64,000 nt of DNA from an uncultured Gemmatimonadales bacterium (lineage in GTDB: Bacteria > Gemmatimonadota > Gemmatimonadetes > Longimicrobiales > RSA9): contig CAWCUS010000001.1 of the NCBI GenBank assembly GCA_963798845.1, positions 160,001 to 224,000 on the forward strand, read 5' to 3'. The translations under genes were made by a program, and so were the position numbers. Every line of letters starts with the position of its first letter. The stretch's first letter is position 1. Shown here piece by piece: positions 19,346 through 29,924 of the stretch. The notes under the pieces were generated by a model, which did not search any database, had not been told where the DNA came from, and worked only from the letters and a program-made list of their open reading frames with translations.

Positions 19346-19378
19346 GGAGGGGCGGCGCCGGCCGGCACCGCCCCTCCC
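19346..19378 (-). terminator. GC-rich hairpin downstream of the aldehyde dehydrogenase
   Basis: GGAGGGGCGG.GCC-loop-GGC.CCGCCCCTCC inverted repeat; no U-run. Confidence 0.4.
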
Positions 19379-19411
19379 GGTCCGCCGGCGTGGCGCCGGC
19401 ACCCACGACCC

Positions 19412-20911
19412 TCAGAGGTCGTACGTGTCGATCTGCGCGCGCTGCAGCCGTCCCGAGTAGTCGACATAGACGACCTTCGTCTCGGTGTAGAAGTCGTAGA
19501 CTTCCCAACCGCCCTCACGGTGGCCGTTCCCCGTCTGCTTCACACCGCCGAACGGGAGGTGGGCCTCCGCCCCGATGGTCGGCGCGTTGATGTACGTGAT
19601 CCCGTTGTCCAGCTCCGTCATGGCCACGAACGCGCTGCGCACGTCCTCGGTGTAGAGGGCGCTGGACAGACCATACTCCACTTCGTTGTTGATCCGGATC
19701 GCTTCCTCCAGATCGCCGAACCTGATCACGCTCAGGACCGGCCCGAAGATCTCCTCGCACGCCAGCCGACTTCCCGCCCGGACGCCCGCGAGGATCGTGG
19801 GCTGGAAGAAGAAGCCGGCGTCCAGATCGTCGCCCGTGGCCGGCTTCCCACCCGTCACCACCTCGTCGCCTTCGCCCTGCGCGATCTCAATGTACTCGGC
19901 CGTCTTCTCCACCGCGGCCTTGTTGATCATCGGCCCCACGTCCGTCTCGGCCAGCAGCCCGTCGCCCAGCTTCAACGCCTCGGTGCGGCTGACCAGCTGC
20001 TTGACGAACTCATCGTGGATGTCCTCGTGCAGCAGGAGCCGGCTGGTGGCCGTGCAGCGCTGTCCGGTGGTCCCGAACGCCCCCCAGAGCACGCCTTCCA
20101 GCGCCAGCGCCATGTTCGCGTCCGGCATCACGATCTGCGCGTTCTTCCCACCCATCTCCAGCGACAGCCGCTTGTGCATCCGGCCGCACGTCTCGCCCAG
20201 CTTCGATCCCACCCCGGTGGATCCGGTGAACGACACCAGCGCCACATCCGGGTGCTCCACGATCCGGTTCCCGACCTTGCGGCCGCCGCCGTGCACCAGC
20301 TGAACCGCCTCCGGGTGCAGTCCGGCGTCCAGCAGGATCTCCACCAGCAGCGTGGCCGTATGGGGCACATCGTGCGCCGGCTTGAACACCACCGCGTTCC
20401 CGGAGACCAGGGCCGGGAAGATCTTCCACGTCGGGATCGCCATCGGGAAATTGAACGGGGTGATGATGCCGGCCACGCCGATCGGCCGGCGGTAGCTCAT
20501 CGCCCACTTGTCGCGCAGCTCGCTCGGCACCGTGTGCCCGAACAGCCGCCGCCCCTCCGACGCGGCGTAGTAGGCCGTGTCGATCCCCTCCTGCACGTCG
20601 CCCCGGGTCTCGTCCAGGACCTTCCCCATCTCCCGCGTCATGGCGCGCGCGATCTCGTCCTTGCGCTCCGTCATGAGGTCGCCCACCCGCCGGAGCACGT
20701 CCCCGCGCTGCGGTGCCGGGACTCTCCGCCACGCAGCGAAACCCCGCTTCGCCGACTCCACGGCCCGATCCACATCGTCCGGGCCGGACGACGGAAAACG
20801 GCCAATCAGGTCGCTGTTCCGCGCCGGGTTCCGGTTCTCCGTGTATTCGCCGGTCGTGGGCGCAACCCACTCCCCGGCGATGTAGTTCCTGAACGTCTCC
20901 GCCATCGCCAC
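19412..20911 (-). CDS. NAD(P)-dependent aldehyde dehydrogenase
   Basis: ITPFNFP, FTGSTGVG, LEMGGKN, GQRCTA, EEIFGPV, PFGGVKQTG. Confidence 0.95.
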   Translation of the reverse strand: MAMAETFRNYIAGEWVAPTTGEYTENRNPARNSDLIGRFPSSGPDDVDRAVESAKRGFAAWRRVPAPQRGDVLRRVGDLMTERKDEIARAMTREMGKVLDETRGDVQEGIDTAYYAASEGRRLFGHTVPSELRDKWAMSYRRPIGVAGIITPFNFPMAIPTWKIFPALVSGNAVVFKPAHDVPHTATLLVEILLDAGLHPEAVQLVHGGGRKVGNRIVEHPDVALVSFTGSTGVGSKLGETCGRMHKRLSLEMGGKNAQIVMPDANMALALEGVLWGAFGTTGQRCTATSRLLLHEDIHDEFVKQLVSRTEALKLGDGLLAETDVGPMINKAAVEKTAEYIEIAQGEGDEVVTGGKPATGDDLDAGFFFQPTILAGVRAGSRLACEEIFGPVLSVIRFGDLEEAIRINNEVEYGLSSALYTEDVRSAFVAMTELDNGITYINAPTIGAEAHLPFGGVKQTGNGHREGGWEVYDFYTETKVVYVDYSGRLQRAQIDTYDL

Positions 20912-20958
20912 CTCCTGCCGCCCGCTCGGGGCGGGTGTCGTGTTCCCTGGGTCGGGGC

Positions 20959-20987
20959 AACCTGCGCGGCCACCGCCCTCGCGGCAA
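20959..20987 (-). promoter_or_regulatory. Sigma70-type promoter of the ALDH gene
   Basis: TTGCCG-17-CAGGTT. Confidence 0.4.
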
Positions 20988-21095
20988 GGTGAGTCGGGAG
21001 CACGGCGGAGCGACTCGGCGCTCTGCTTCTCGCGGCGGGGATCGCGGGGCTCGGGGCCGAGAGCTGGGCGGGTCGGTGCGCCCCGCCCGTCGTCC

Positions 21096-21280
21096 TCACC
21101 ACCAGGCGATTGCCAGGACCGCAGCGACCGTGAAGGCGAGCAGCCCCGTATAGAAGATCCAGAGCCTTCGGAAGGAGAGCGACGGGTGGATCCGCCGCGC
21201 GAGCAGGGCCAGCAGGGCCCCGCCTCCGAGGGAACACGCCAACCAGACTACGACGAAAAGGGCGATCACCGCGCGGGGGG

Positions 21281-21284
<4 letters not shown>
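21096..21284 (-). CDS. Small 2-TM membrane protein
   Basis: 62 aa, two hydrophobic helices, ATGA overlap with the upstream regulator. Confidence 0.7.
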
Positions 21285-22648
<1,364 letters not shown>

Positions 22649-22649
22649 T

Positions 22650-23297
22650 CTATCCCCCGGCAGCGCGGCTGGCGACGAACACCAGGGAGTCGCCGCTGAT
22701 GTAGAGCGCGCGGATCCCCGGCGGCAGCGGCACGGCGACGGCGTTGGGCGCCAGCCCCGGCTCGCCTCCTCCGCGGAAGCGGCGCAGGATCGGCGGGATC
22801 AACCGGTCGGGCACCGGGATCCCGGCCGCGCCCAGCTCGTGGATCTCCAGGGCCACCCGCCCGCTGTCCACGGGCGTGAAGCTGCCCACCGCCTTGAGGG
22901 TGGTCGTGTCCGGGAGGATGGAGAGGATGTCCTGCAACTCCGGGATCCGGCCGAAGCGCGCGGTTGCGACTCCGGCCTGGAGTGTGACCTGCCCGTCCCG
23001 CAGCCCGATCCGCGGCCGCGCCACGTCCGCGGGCAGGAACCCGCCCCAGCGGTACTCCAGCAGGCTCTGCAGCTCGGCCTGGTGAAGCGCCACCCGATCC
23101 CGCCCCCCGGCCGTCCCGAGCTCCGCCAGCTTCCGGTCCGCCTGCGCGGCCAGTTCGGGCGTGACGGCTTCGGCCGCGTGGCTGCGCCCCTTCCACAGCT
23201 CGGTGATGCGGTCCCGGTACAGCCAGGCCGCGCCGACCAGCGCGACGACAATGACCAGCGCAAGGAGGCGACCGATGCACCCCCGCAGGAACCGCAT
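22650..23297 (-). CDS. Membrane-anchored hypothetical protein (YpmS/LmeA-like elongated fold possible)
   Basis: N-terminal TM; L...EL..LL, G.IPVP and C-terminal beta pattern. Confidence 0.7.
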   Translation of the reverse strand: MRFLRGCIGRLLALVIVVALVGAAWLYRDRITELWKGRSHAAEAVTPELAAQADRKLAELGTAGGRDRVALHQAELQSLLEYRWGGFLPADVARPRIGLRDGQVTLQAGVATARFGRIPELQDILSILPDTTTLKAVGSFTPVDSGRVALEIHELGAAGIPVPDRLIPPILRRFRGGGEPGLAPNAVAVPLPPGIRALYISGDSLVFVASRAAGG

Positions 23298-23298
23298 C

Positions 23299-23892
23299 TC
23301 AGGCCTTGGCGCGCGCCAGGATGTCGGCCGCCGAGTTGCCGAGCTTCGCCGCCATTCGCCGCTCGTAGCGTGCGCCCTTCGAGGACAGGTGGCTCTCCAT
23401 CAGGTCCAGCGTCCGCACGTTGCTCTCCCCCGAGAACTCCAGCGCCGCGACCATCTCCTCGAAGTTCCTGAAGTCGCCCGCCCTCGCCGTCGGCTCGGCC
23501 CGCCCCAGCGTGATGTGCGGGTGGAATGCGCGCACCTCGCGGTCGAAGCCGAGCGGGGCCAGCTCCCACTCCACGTCGTGCTTCAGGCAGCGCAGCTCCG
23601 CGGACGCCTCCGCTCCCAGCCAGATCACCTTCGGGCGACGCATGGTCGGAAACGCGCCCGCCCCCCCGAGCTTCATGACGAATGGGTGCGTCTTCTCGGC
23701 GACGCGGGCCACCGCCTGCTGCACATCCCGCAGCCGCTCCGGGCGCACCTCGCCGAGGAACTTCAGCGTCATGTGCAGCCGATCCATGTCCACCCACCGC
23801 ACGGGCAGAGCCGACTCGCGCATGCGCCGCGCCGCGCGCGCCATGCGCTGGCGATCCTTGGCAGTGAAATTGACTGCTACGAAAAGTCTCAT
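23299..23892 (-). CDS. thpR: RNA 2',3'-cyclic phosphodiesterase (2H family)
   Basis: MRLFVAV, two HxT motifs (LHMTLKFLG, FHPHITLGR). Confidence 0.95.
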   Translation of the reverse strand: MRLFVAVNFTAKDRQRMARAARRMRESALPVRWVDMDRLHMTLKFLGEVRPERLRDVQQAVARVAEKTHPFVMKLGGAGAFPTMRRPKVIWLGAEASAELRCLKHDVEWELAPLGFDREVRAFHPHITLGRAEPTARAGDFRNFEEMVAALEFSGESNVRTLDLMESHLSSKGARYERRMAAKLGNSAADILARAKA

Positions 23893-23905
23893 CGGCTCCC
23901 TGGGT

Positions 23906-24139
23906 TCATTCCTTCGCCGGCGTCACGTCCAGCGCCACGTACCGGAATCCGAGCGTCCGGATCTCCGGCGCCAGCGCTGCAATCCGCTCCAGCGTGCCCA
24001 CGTCGGCCCGCACCGCCGCGATTTCGGCACCCACGCCGGCGGCTTCCACCGTGGCCTCGATCCCGGCGCGGTGCAGGAGATCCCTGGCCCGCGCCGCAGG
24101 CGAAGCCGCCCGTTGCGGGGCTCGAACGGGGATGCTCAC
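23906..24139 (-). CDS. 77-aa protein resembling the LarE C-terminal domain
   Basis: GTG start overlaps the larE TGA (GTGA); ends IRTLGFRYVALDV. Confidence 0.65.
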   Translation of the reverse strand: MSIPVRAPQRAASPAARARDLLHRAGIEATVEAAGVGAEIAAVRADVGTLERIAALAPEIRTLGFRYVALDVTPAKE

Positions 24140-24960
24140 GCGCTGAGCTGAACGAGGCCCTCGTTCAACGCGCCCCGGCGGTACCCTTCCACGTCGATCA
24201 GGACGCGCTCGAAGCCGAGGGCGGCGATCGCCGCCGCCTTCCCGGCCACCCGGGCGGCCGCGCCGCCCAGTTCCTCGGGGGAGATTTCTACACGAGCCAC
24301 GCTGCCATGGTGCCGCACCCGGAACTGCCGCAGCCCCTCGCGGCGGAGCAGCGCTTCTGCCGCTTCGACCTGCCACAGCCGCTGCGGCGTGACCGCCAGC
24401 CCGTAGTGCAGGCGGCTCGACAGGCAGGGCGACGCGGGCTGATCCCAGGTCGGCAAACCCAGCGCCGCCGACAGCAGCCGGATCTCCGCCTTCGTCAGCT
24501 GCGCCTCCTGGAGCGGGGACCGGACCTTCCGCTCCCGCGCGGCCCGGGCGCCCGGACGGTGGTCGGCCGCGTCGTCCGCGTTGGCGCCGTCCACCACGGT
24601 GCTCAGCCCGTGCTGCCGCGCCACCACCGACAGCCGCGACCACAGCTCACTCTTGCAGAAATAGCACCGGTCCGTGGTGTTCGCGGCGTAGCGGGGATCC
24701 GAAAGCTCGTGCGTCTCGATCTCGAGGTGCGGGATCCCGAAGCGCTCGACGCACTCCATCGCCATCCGGTGCTGCACCTCGGGGTACGCTTCCGAGCGGC
24801 CCGTGACCGCCAGCACCCGGTCGGGACCGAGCACGTCCAGCGCCGTTTTCGCCAGGAACACGCTGTCCACGCCGCCGGAATACCCGACGCACACCGAGCC
24901 GCAATCCTCGAGCGCGCCCACCAGGGCCCGGTGCTTGGATTCCAGCGCCTCCCGGTCCAA
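24136..24960 (-). CDS. larE: ATP-dependent sulfur transferase LarE family
   Basis: PP-loop YSGGVDS, RCYFCK, DG.NADD..DHRPG, SPCLSSR; TTG start after GGAG. Confidence 0.92.
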   Translation of the reverse strand: MDREALESKHRALVGALEDCGSVCVGYSGGVDSVFLAKTALDVLGPDRVLAVTGRSEAYPEVQHRMAMECVERFGIPHLEIETHELSDPRYAANTTDRCYFCKSELWSRLSVVARQHGLSTVVDGANADDAADHRPGARAARERKVRSPLQEAQLTKAEIRLLSAALGLPTWDQPASPCLSSRLHYGLAVTPQRLWQVEAAEALLRREGLRQFRVRHHGSVARVEISPEELGGAAARVAGKAAAIAALGFERVLIDVEGYRRGALNEGLVQLSA

Positions 24961-24998
24961 ACTCTGCTCCTTCCCCGGTTCCGTCCGTGCCCGGCGCG

Positions 24999-25027
24999 AA
25001 GCTACCGCATTCCGCGCACGCGGACAA
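24999..25027 (-). promoter_or_regulatory. Sigma70-type promoter of the larE operon
   Basis: TTGTCC-17-TAGCTT. Confidence 0.55.
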
Positions 25028-25087
25028 CACGGGCGCCCCGGCCGCTTGACGGAAACCGCTCCGAAAGGTACCCATCCGCCAACCTTC

Positions 25088-25615
25088 ATGCACGAGAAGA
25101 GCCGAATAGCCTCGACCGCGCTGGCCCCGGGCACGGAGACCGTGTGCCGCGGCCGCCGGTTCCTCGCGCCGCTGCTCGCCGCCACCCCTCTCCCCCTCCT
25201 CCGCGCCGTCGCGCCCGCCTGTCTGATCGGCGCCACGGTCCTGGCCGCCTGCTCGGGAGGGCCGACCGAAGCGGATCCCGTGTGCGGCGAATCGCCCGCC
25301 CTGGTCCCCGGCGTCGAGACGGTCGGCGATCTCGGCCCCGGTGACGCGATGCGCGACGACGCGCCCGTGGACTACTACACCCTCCAGCTCGGCCGCGGCG
25401 CCACGCTCGTGGTGCGCATGGCCACACCCCGGTTCACGCCCTTCATCTACCTGCTCGACGCAGACGCACGGCTCCTCGCCCAGGCGTACGACCCGGAGAG
25501 AGGGCACTCCACCGACCTGTCCGTGAGCGTGGATGCCGGGTGCTACATCGTGGGCGCGGGCGCCTGGGACCCCGGGAGCGCCGGGAACTACACGCTTTCG
25601 GTACACCTCCAGTAG
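25088..25615 (+). CDS. Lipoprotein with a PPC-like beta-sandwich domain (start uncertain)
   Basis: LAAC lipobox; DYYT...F.PFIYLLD...G.Y.V...GNYTLSV. Confidence 0.7.
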   Translation: MHEKSRIASTALAPGTETVCRGRRFLAPLLAATPLPLLRAVAPACLIGATVLAACSGGPTEADPVCGESPALVPGVETVGDLGPGDAMRDDAPVDYYTLQLGRGATLVVRMATPRFTPFIYLLDADARLLAQAYDPERGHSTDLSVSVDAGCYIVGAGAWDPGSAGNYTLSVHLQ

Positions 25616-25621
25616 CGCGGG

Positions 25622-27163
25622 TCAGCCCGGCGCCTCGGCCAGGACCGGCCGGTCAAGGGCACGATACTGGACCGCCTCCGCCAGGTGTCGTCCGTCCAGC
25701 GCCTCCGTCCCCTCCAGGTCGGCGATGGTCCTCGCCACCCGCAGGATCCGGTCGTGCGCGCGCCCCGAGAGGCGAAGCTGGCGCGTCGCCGACTCCAGCA
25801 ACGCGACCCCCGCATCATCCGGGGCGCAATGAAGCCGGGTCCCCCTCGCGTCGAGCTGTGCCGTGCAGAACACGCCCGAGCCGGCGTACCGGCGCTGCTG
25901 CCGCGATCGCGCCTCGAGCACCCGCCCCCGGATCCGCTCGCTCGATTCCGACAGCCGCCGATCCGCCAGCCGCTCGGCCGGCACCGGGCGAACCTCGAGG
26001 TGGAGGTCGATGCGGTCCAACAACGGTCCCGAGATCCGCCCCCGATACCGACGCACCTGCTCCGGCGTGCACCTGCACCGACCGGATCCGTCTCCCTGCC
26101 GCCCGCACGGGCAAGGGTTCATCGTGGCCACGAGTGTGAACCGGGCCGGAAGCTCTACCGCCGCCCGCGCGCGGCCGATCAGGATGACGCCGTCCTCGAG
26201 CGGCTGCCGAAGCGCTTCCAGGGCGGACCGGCGGAACTCCGGGAGCTCGTCCAGGAAGAGGACCCCGTGATGCGCCAGCGACACTTCTCCCGGCCGCGGG
26301 ATGCTCCCACCCCCCACCAGCCCGGCGTCCGAGACACCGTGATGGGGCGCGCGGAACGGGCGCGTGTGCAGCAGCCCGGACCGGGGTGGCAGCCGGCCAG
26401 CGGCCGAGTGCACCCGGGTGGCCTCCAACGCTTCATCGCCCGTCAGCGGCGGAAGGATGGACGGGAGCCGCCGGGCCATCATCGACTTCCCTGAGCCGGG
26501 AGGTCCGATGAGCAGGATGTTGTGGCCACCCGCAGCCGCGATCTCCAGCGCCCGCCGCGCCGAAGCCTGACCTCGTACGTCGGCGAAGTCCGGTCCCGCG
26601 GCGACGGGGCGTCCGCCCCCATTGACGCTGGCGCGTGCCACTCGAGGGGGCGCTCGGCCCTGCAGCCATTTCACCACCTCGCCGAGCGACCGGGCAGGGT
26701 GCACGGTGACGCCCTTCACCACGGCGGCTTCCGCCGCATTGGCTTCCGGCACCACCACCCGCCCGACCCCGCTGCTGCGGCAGCGCAGGGCGACCGCGAG
26801 AACGCCGTGTACCGGCCGCAGTCCCCCGTCCAGCCCCAGCTCGCCCACGCAGCAGGCGCCGTCCAGCGTACCCTCGGCCAGGCGTCCCATCGCGGTCAGC
26901 ACCCCGAGCGCCATCGGCAGGTCGAAGGCGCTCCCGTTCTTCGGCACGTCCGCGGGGGCGAGGTTCACGGTGATTCGCGCTGGCGGCAGGTTGAAGCCGC
27001 TGTTCCCCAGTGCCGACGTCACGCGCTCCCGGGCTTCGCGTACAGCACCCTGCGCCAGCCCCACCACCGTCATCGAGGGAAGCCCGCGCGCCAGGTCCAC
27101 CTCGACCCGCACGAGGTACGCGTCCACGCCCAGGACCGCTCCACCCAGTATTGTCGCCAGCAT
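25622..27163 (-). CDS. comM: YifB/ComM Mg-chelatase-like AAA+ helicase
   Basis: ITVNLAPAD, GPPGSGKSM, PFRAPHH, GEVSLAHHGVLFLDELPEF, MNPCPCG, ISGPLLDRID. Confidence 0.95.
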   Translation of the reverse strand: MLATILGGAVLGVDAYLVRVEVDLARGLPSMTVVGLAQGAVREARERVTSALGNSGFNLPPARITVNLAPADVPKNGSAFDLPMALGVLTAMGRLAEGTLDGACCVGELGLDGGLRPVHGVLAVALRCRSSGVGRVVVPEANAAEAAVVKGVTVHPARSLGEVVKWLQGRAPPRVARASVNGGGRPVAAGPDFADVRGQASARRALEIAAAGGHNILLIGPPGSGKSMMARRLPSILPPLTGDEALEATRVHSAAGRLPPRSGLLHTRPFRAPHHGVSDAGLVGGGSIPRPGEVSLAHHGVLFLDELPEFRRSALEALRQPLEDGVILIGRARAAVELPARFTLVATMNPCPCGRQGDGSGRCRCTPEQVRRYRGRISGPLLDRIDLHLEVRPVPAERLADRRLSESSERIRGRVLEARSRQQRRYAGSGVFCTAQLDARGTRLHCAPDDAGVALLESATRQLRLSGRAHDRILRVARTIADLEGTEALDGRHLAEAVQYRALDRPVLAEAPG

Positions 27164-27284
27164 GCCAGACGATGGGGTCGGCTGCGGGGCAGCGGAATGG
27201 TGAGACGGGACTGTCGCGTTCGTGGCCGCAGCGCGCCCCCGGTCGCGGCCGGCCGCTCACCGTCCGCTCCTGCGACACTGCCGT

Positions 27285-27376
27285 TCCGCAAACGGACGTG
27301 GGGAAACGCCCCACACCGCTCCAAGTCCTTCAGCCAGAGCACTTTGAGATGCTGCGGGAGATGGCCCCCGGGTTGC
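27285..27376 (+). promoter_or_regulatory. Sigma54 promoter with candidate upstream activator sites
   Basis: TGGCCC-N5-TTGC (27362-27376); palindromes TCCG-N4-CGGA (27285) and GTGGGG-N5-CCCCAC (27298). Confidence 0.55.
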
Positions 27377-27425
27377 CCGACTCCGTACCCCGACTGTGCG
27401 CTCCGCACCTCAGAGGCAAACGGAC

Positions 27426-29837
27426 ATGTACCGATTCGCGCACGAGCTGCGCCACGCCCGACGGCGGCTGGCTCGATCCCCCGTGTTCTCGCTCACGGCG
27501 CTCCTGGTCCTGACGCTCGGGATCGGCGCTGGCACCGCCGTCTTCGGCGTCGTGGACCACGTCCTCTTTCGCCCGCTGGAGCTACCCGGGTCGCAGCGGC
27601 TCATGCGGCTGTGCGAATCGCACCCGGCTGAAGGATGCTTCGGCGTGGCGCCTCCGGCAGCGGCGGACTGGTCGCGGGAGGCGACGAGCTTCGAAGCCAT
27701 CGGTCTTGCCCGGGGCGCGGCCTTCCGGATGCGGGAGGAGGGGCGCCTGCTGGGCGTGCGCGGCGGCCTCGCGACGCCCGGCCTCTTCCGGGCGCTCGGC
27801 GTCGCGCCGTTCCGTGGGCGGTTCCTGGAAGATCGAGACATGCCGCCGGCAGGACCCGCGGCTTCGGCCGTGATTTCCTACGACTACTGGCAGTCCGAGC
27901 TCGGGGCGGACCCGGCGGCGGTGGGACGCGTCCTGATGCTGGACGACCACGCGTACACAGTGGTCGGGGTCCTTCCGCGCGGCGCCTCGGTGCCCGGGCT
28001 CGAGTGGGCGCGCGTGTGGCTCCCGCTCCCGTTCGACCCCTCGGCCGCTGAGAACCGGGACTGGCGGGGGTTCCGCGGCTATGGAAGGCTGCGCCCCGGC
28101 GTGTCGCCCGAGAGGGCCGAGGCGGAGCTCGCGGCCATCCAGGCGGCCCGCGCGGAGGCGTACCCCGAAGCCGTGCGAGGATGGAGCGCGGGTGTGACGC
28201 CGTGGAAAGAGGTCCTGGTGGGCCGCACCCGGCCGCTGCTGGTCCTCCTGGCGGGCGCCGTGGCCGTGGTGCTCCTCATCGTGTGCGTCAACCTCGCCGC
28301 CCTCTTTCTTGCGCGTGCCACGAGCCGCGAGCCGGAGATGGCCGTGCGTCACGCCCTCGGCGCGGGTGGCGCCACTCTCGTAGCCCCGGTCCTTGCGGAG
28401 GTCGCCATCCTCAGCGCGGCCGGCGGCGCGGCCGGGCTCCTCGCGGCATTCGGCGCGACGCGGCTGTTCGTCGCGCTCGCCCCACCCGGCGTGCCCCGGC
28501 TGGAGGAAGTCGCCATGGACGCCAGGATCGCCGGGTTCGGCGTCGCCATCACGGCGGTCACAGCCCTGCTCTTCGGAGTCCTCCCCGCGCTCCGCCTCCG
28601 GGGCCGCGGTGCGGCGCTCTCCCTCCGGCAGGGCCACGGCGGCAGCACGGGCCGGCGCGCGGCGAGCCTGCGTCGCGCCCTGGTCGTGGCGGAGCTCGCG
28701 CTCGCGCTCATGCTCGTCCTGAGCACGGGGCTCCTGCTGCGCAGCTTCGGCACCCTCGCCCGCTGGGACCCGGGCTTCGAAACGAGCGGGCTGCTCACGT
28801 TCCAGGTCTATCCGAGCTCTGCCCGCTTCCCCGACGACACGATCCTGGCGGCCTTCTACCGTGAGGCGCGCGACCGCCTCGCCGCGCTCCCGGGCGTACG
28901 CTCCGTGGGCTCCGCTTCCGCCGGTCCGCTCTTCGGCGGCTCCGACGGCGCCACCCCGTTCCTGGTGCAGGGCCGGCCGGCCCCGCCGCTCCAGGACGCG
29001 CCGCGCCTGACCTGGTACGACGCCGGCCCCGGCTATTTCCCGACCCTGGGCGTGGAACCGGTCGAGGGACGGAACATCGAGGAGAGCGACCGGCTGGGGA
29101 GCACGCCCGTCGCGCTCATCAACGAGACGGCGGCCCGGCGATACTGGCCGGACGGCTCACCGGTCGGCGCCCATCTTTCCCTGCCCCAGTGGGGCACGGA
29201 CGTGGATGTGGTGGGCGTGGTCCCGGACACCCGCCCGTTCCTCCCGGACGAGGCGCCGCAGCCCGCGATCTACGTCTCCAATCGTCAGGCCGTCCGCGGC
29301 GCGAGCTTCTACATCCTGCGCACCGACGGCGACCCGGAAGCTCTGGCCACGGCCGTCCGGCGCACTCTGACGGAGCTCGACTCCGAGCTCGAGCCCGTGG
29401 ACATGCGCTCCATGGAGCAGCGCCTCGGCGCGCAGCTGGTCGGGCCCCGCTTCAACATGCTGCTCATGGGGATCTTCGCCCTGGTCGCCCTGGTCCTCGG
29501 GGCCGCCGGGTTGTACGGCGTGGTCGCCTACACCGTCGCCCTCAGGACGCGCGAGATGGGCATCCGGATGGCGCTCGGGGCCGTACGCCGCGACATCGTC
29601 CGCTACGTGATGGGCGACGCCTTCCGACTCCTCCTCGCCGGCCTCGTCCTGGGACTGGCCGGTGCGGCGCTCTTCGCCCGGCTGCTCACCGGACTGCTGC
29701 ACGGGGTCAGCCCGACCGATCCGCGCGCGCTGCTCGCGACCGTGGCCCTGCTCCTGGCCGCGGGCCTCCTGGCGGCGCTGAGCCCTGCGCTGCGCGCCAG
29801 CCGTACGGATCCGATGCGAGCGCTGAAGGTGGAGTGA
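27426..29837 (+). CDS. ADOP-family duplicated MacB-like ABC permease
   Basis: Two tandem MacB_PCD+FtsX repeats; L.LGIGA.TAVF, NLA.L.LARA..R..EMAVR.ALGA, RTREMGIRMALGA. Confidence 0.93.
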   Translation: MYRFAHELRHARRRLARSPVFSLTALLVLTLGIGAGTAVFGVVDHVLFRPLELPGSQRLMRLCESHPAEGCFGVAPPAAADWSREATSFEAIGLARGAAFRMREEGRLLGVRGGLATPGLFRALGVAPFRGRFLEDRDMPPAGPAASAVISYDYWQSELGADPAAVGRVLMLDDHAYTVVGVLPRGASVPGLEWARVWLPLPFDPSAAENRDWRGFRGYGRLRPGVSPERAEAELAAIQAARAEAYPEAVRGWSAGVTPWKEVLVGRTRPLLVLLAGAVAVVLLIVCVNLAALFLARATSREPEMAVRHALGAGGATLVAPVLAEVAILSAAGGAAGLLAAFGATRLFVALAPPGVPRLEEVAMDARIAGFGVAITAVTALLFGVLPALRLRGRGAALSLRQGHGGSTGRRAASLRRALVVAELALALMLVLSTGLLLRSFGTLARWDPGFETSGLLTFQVYPSSARFPDDTILAAFYREARDRLAALPGVRSVGSASAGPLFGGSDGATPFLVQGRPAPPLQDAPRLTWYDAGPGYFPTLGVEPVEGRNIEESDRLGSTPVALINETAARRYWPDGSPVGAHLSLPQWGTDVDVVGVVPDTRPFLPDEAPQPAIYVSNRQAVRGASFYILRTDGDPEALATAVRRTLTELDSELEPVDMRSMEQRLGAQLVGPRFNMLLMGIFALVALVLGAAGLYGVVAYTVALRTREMGIRMALGAVRRDIVRYVMGDAFRLLLAGLVLGLAGAALFARLLTGLLHGVSPTDPRALLATVALLLAAGLLAALSPALRASRTDPMRALKVE

Positions 29838-29924
29838 GCGGAGGACGATCGGCCCGGCCCTGGAAGGCCCGCGAACGGTCGGGCCGGGCGGCCCGCCCCG
29901 GGGGCCGCCCGGCCTCCGCGGGTT

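Noticed and set aside
19302..19508. 68-aa ORF between the ALDH gene and lepB
   Set aside because: Overlaps the ALDH 3' end and a hairpin; no coding signature
29838..29924. GC-rich palindromes between convergent genes as a REP/MITE
   Set aside because: No second copy noticed in the window; likely terminator hairpins
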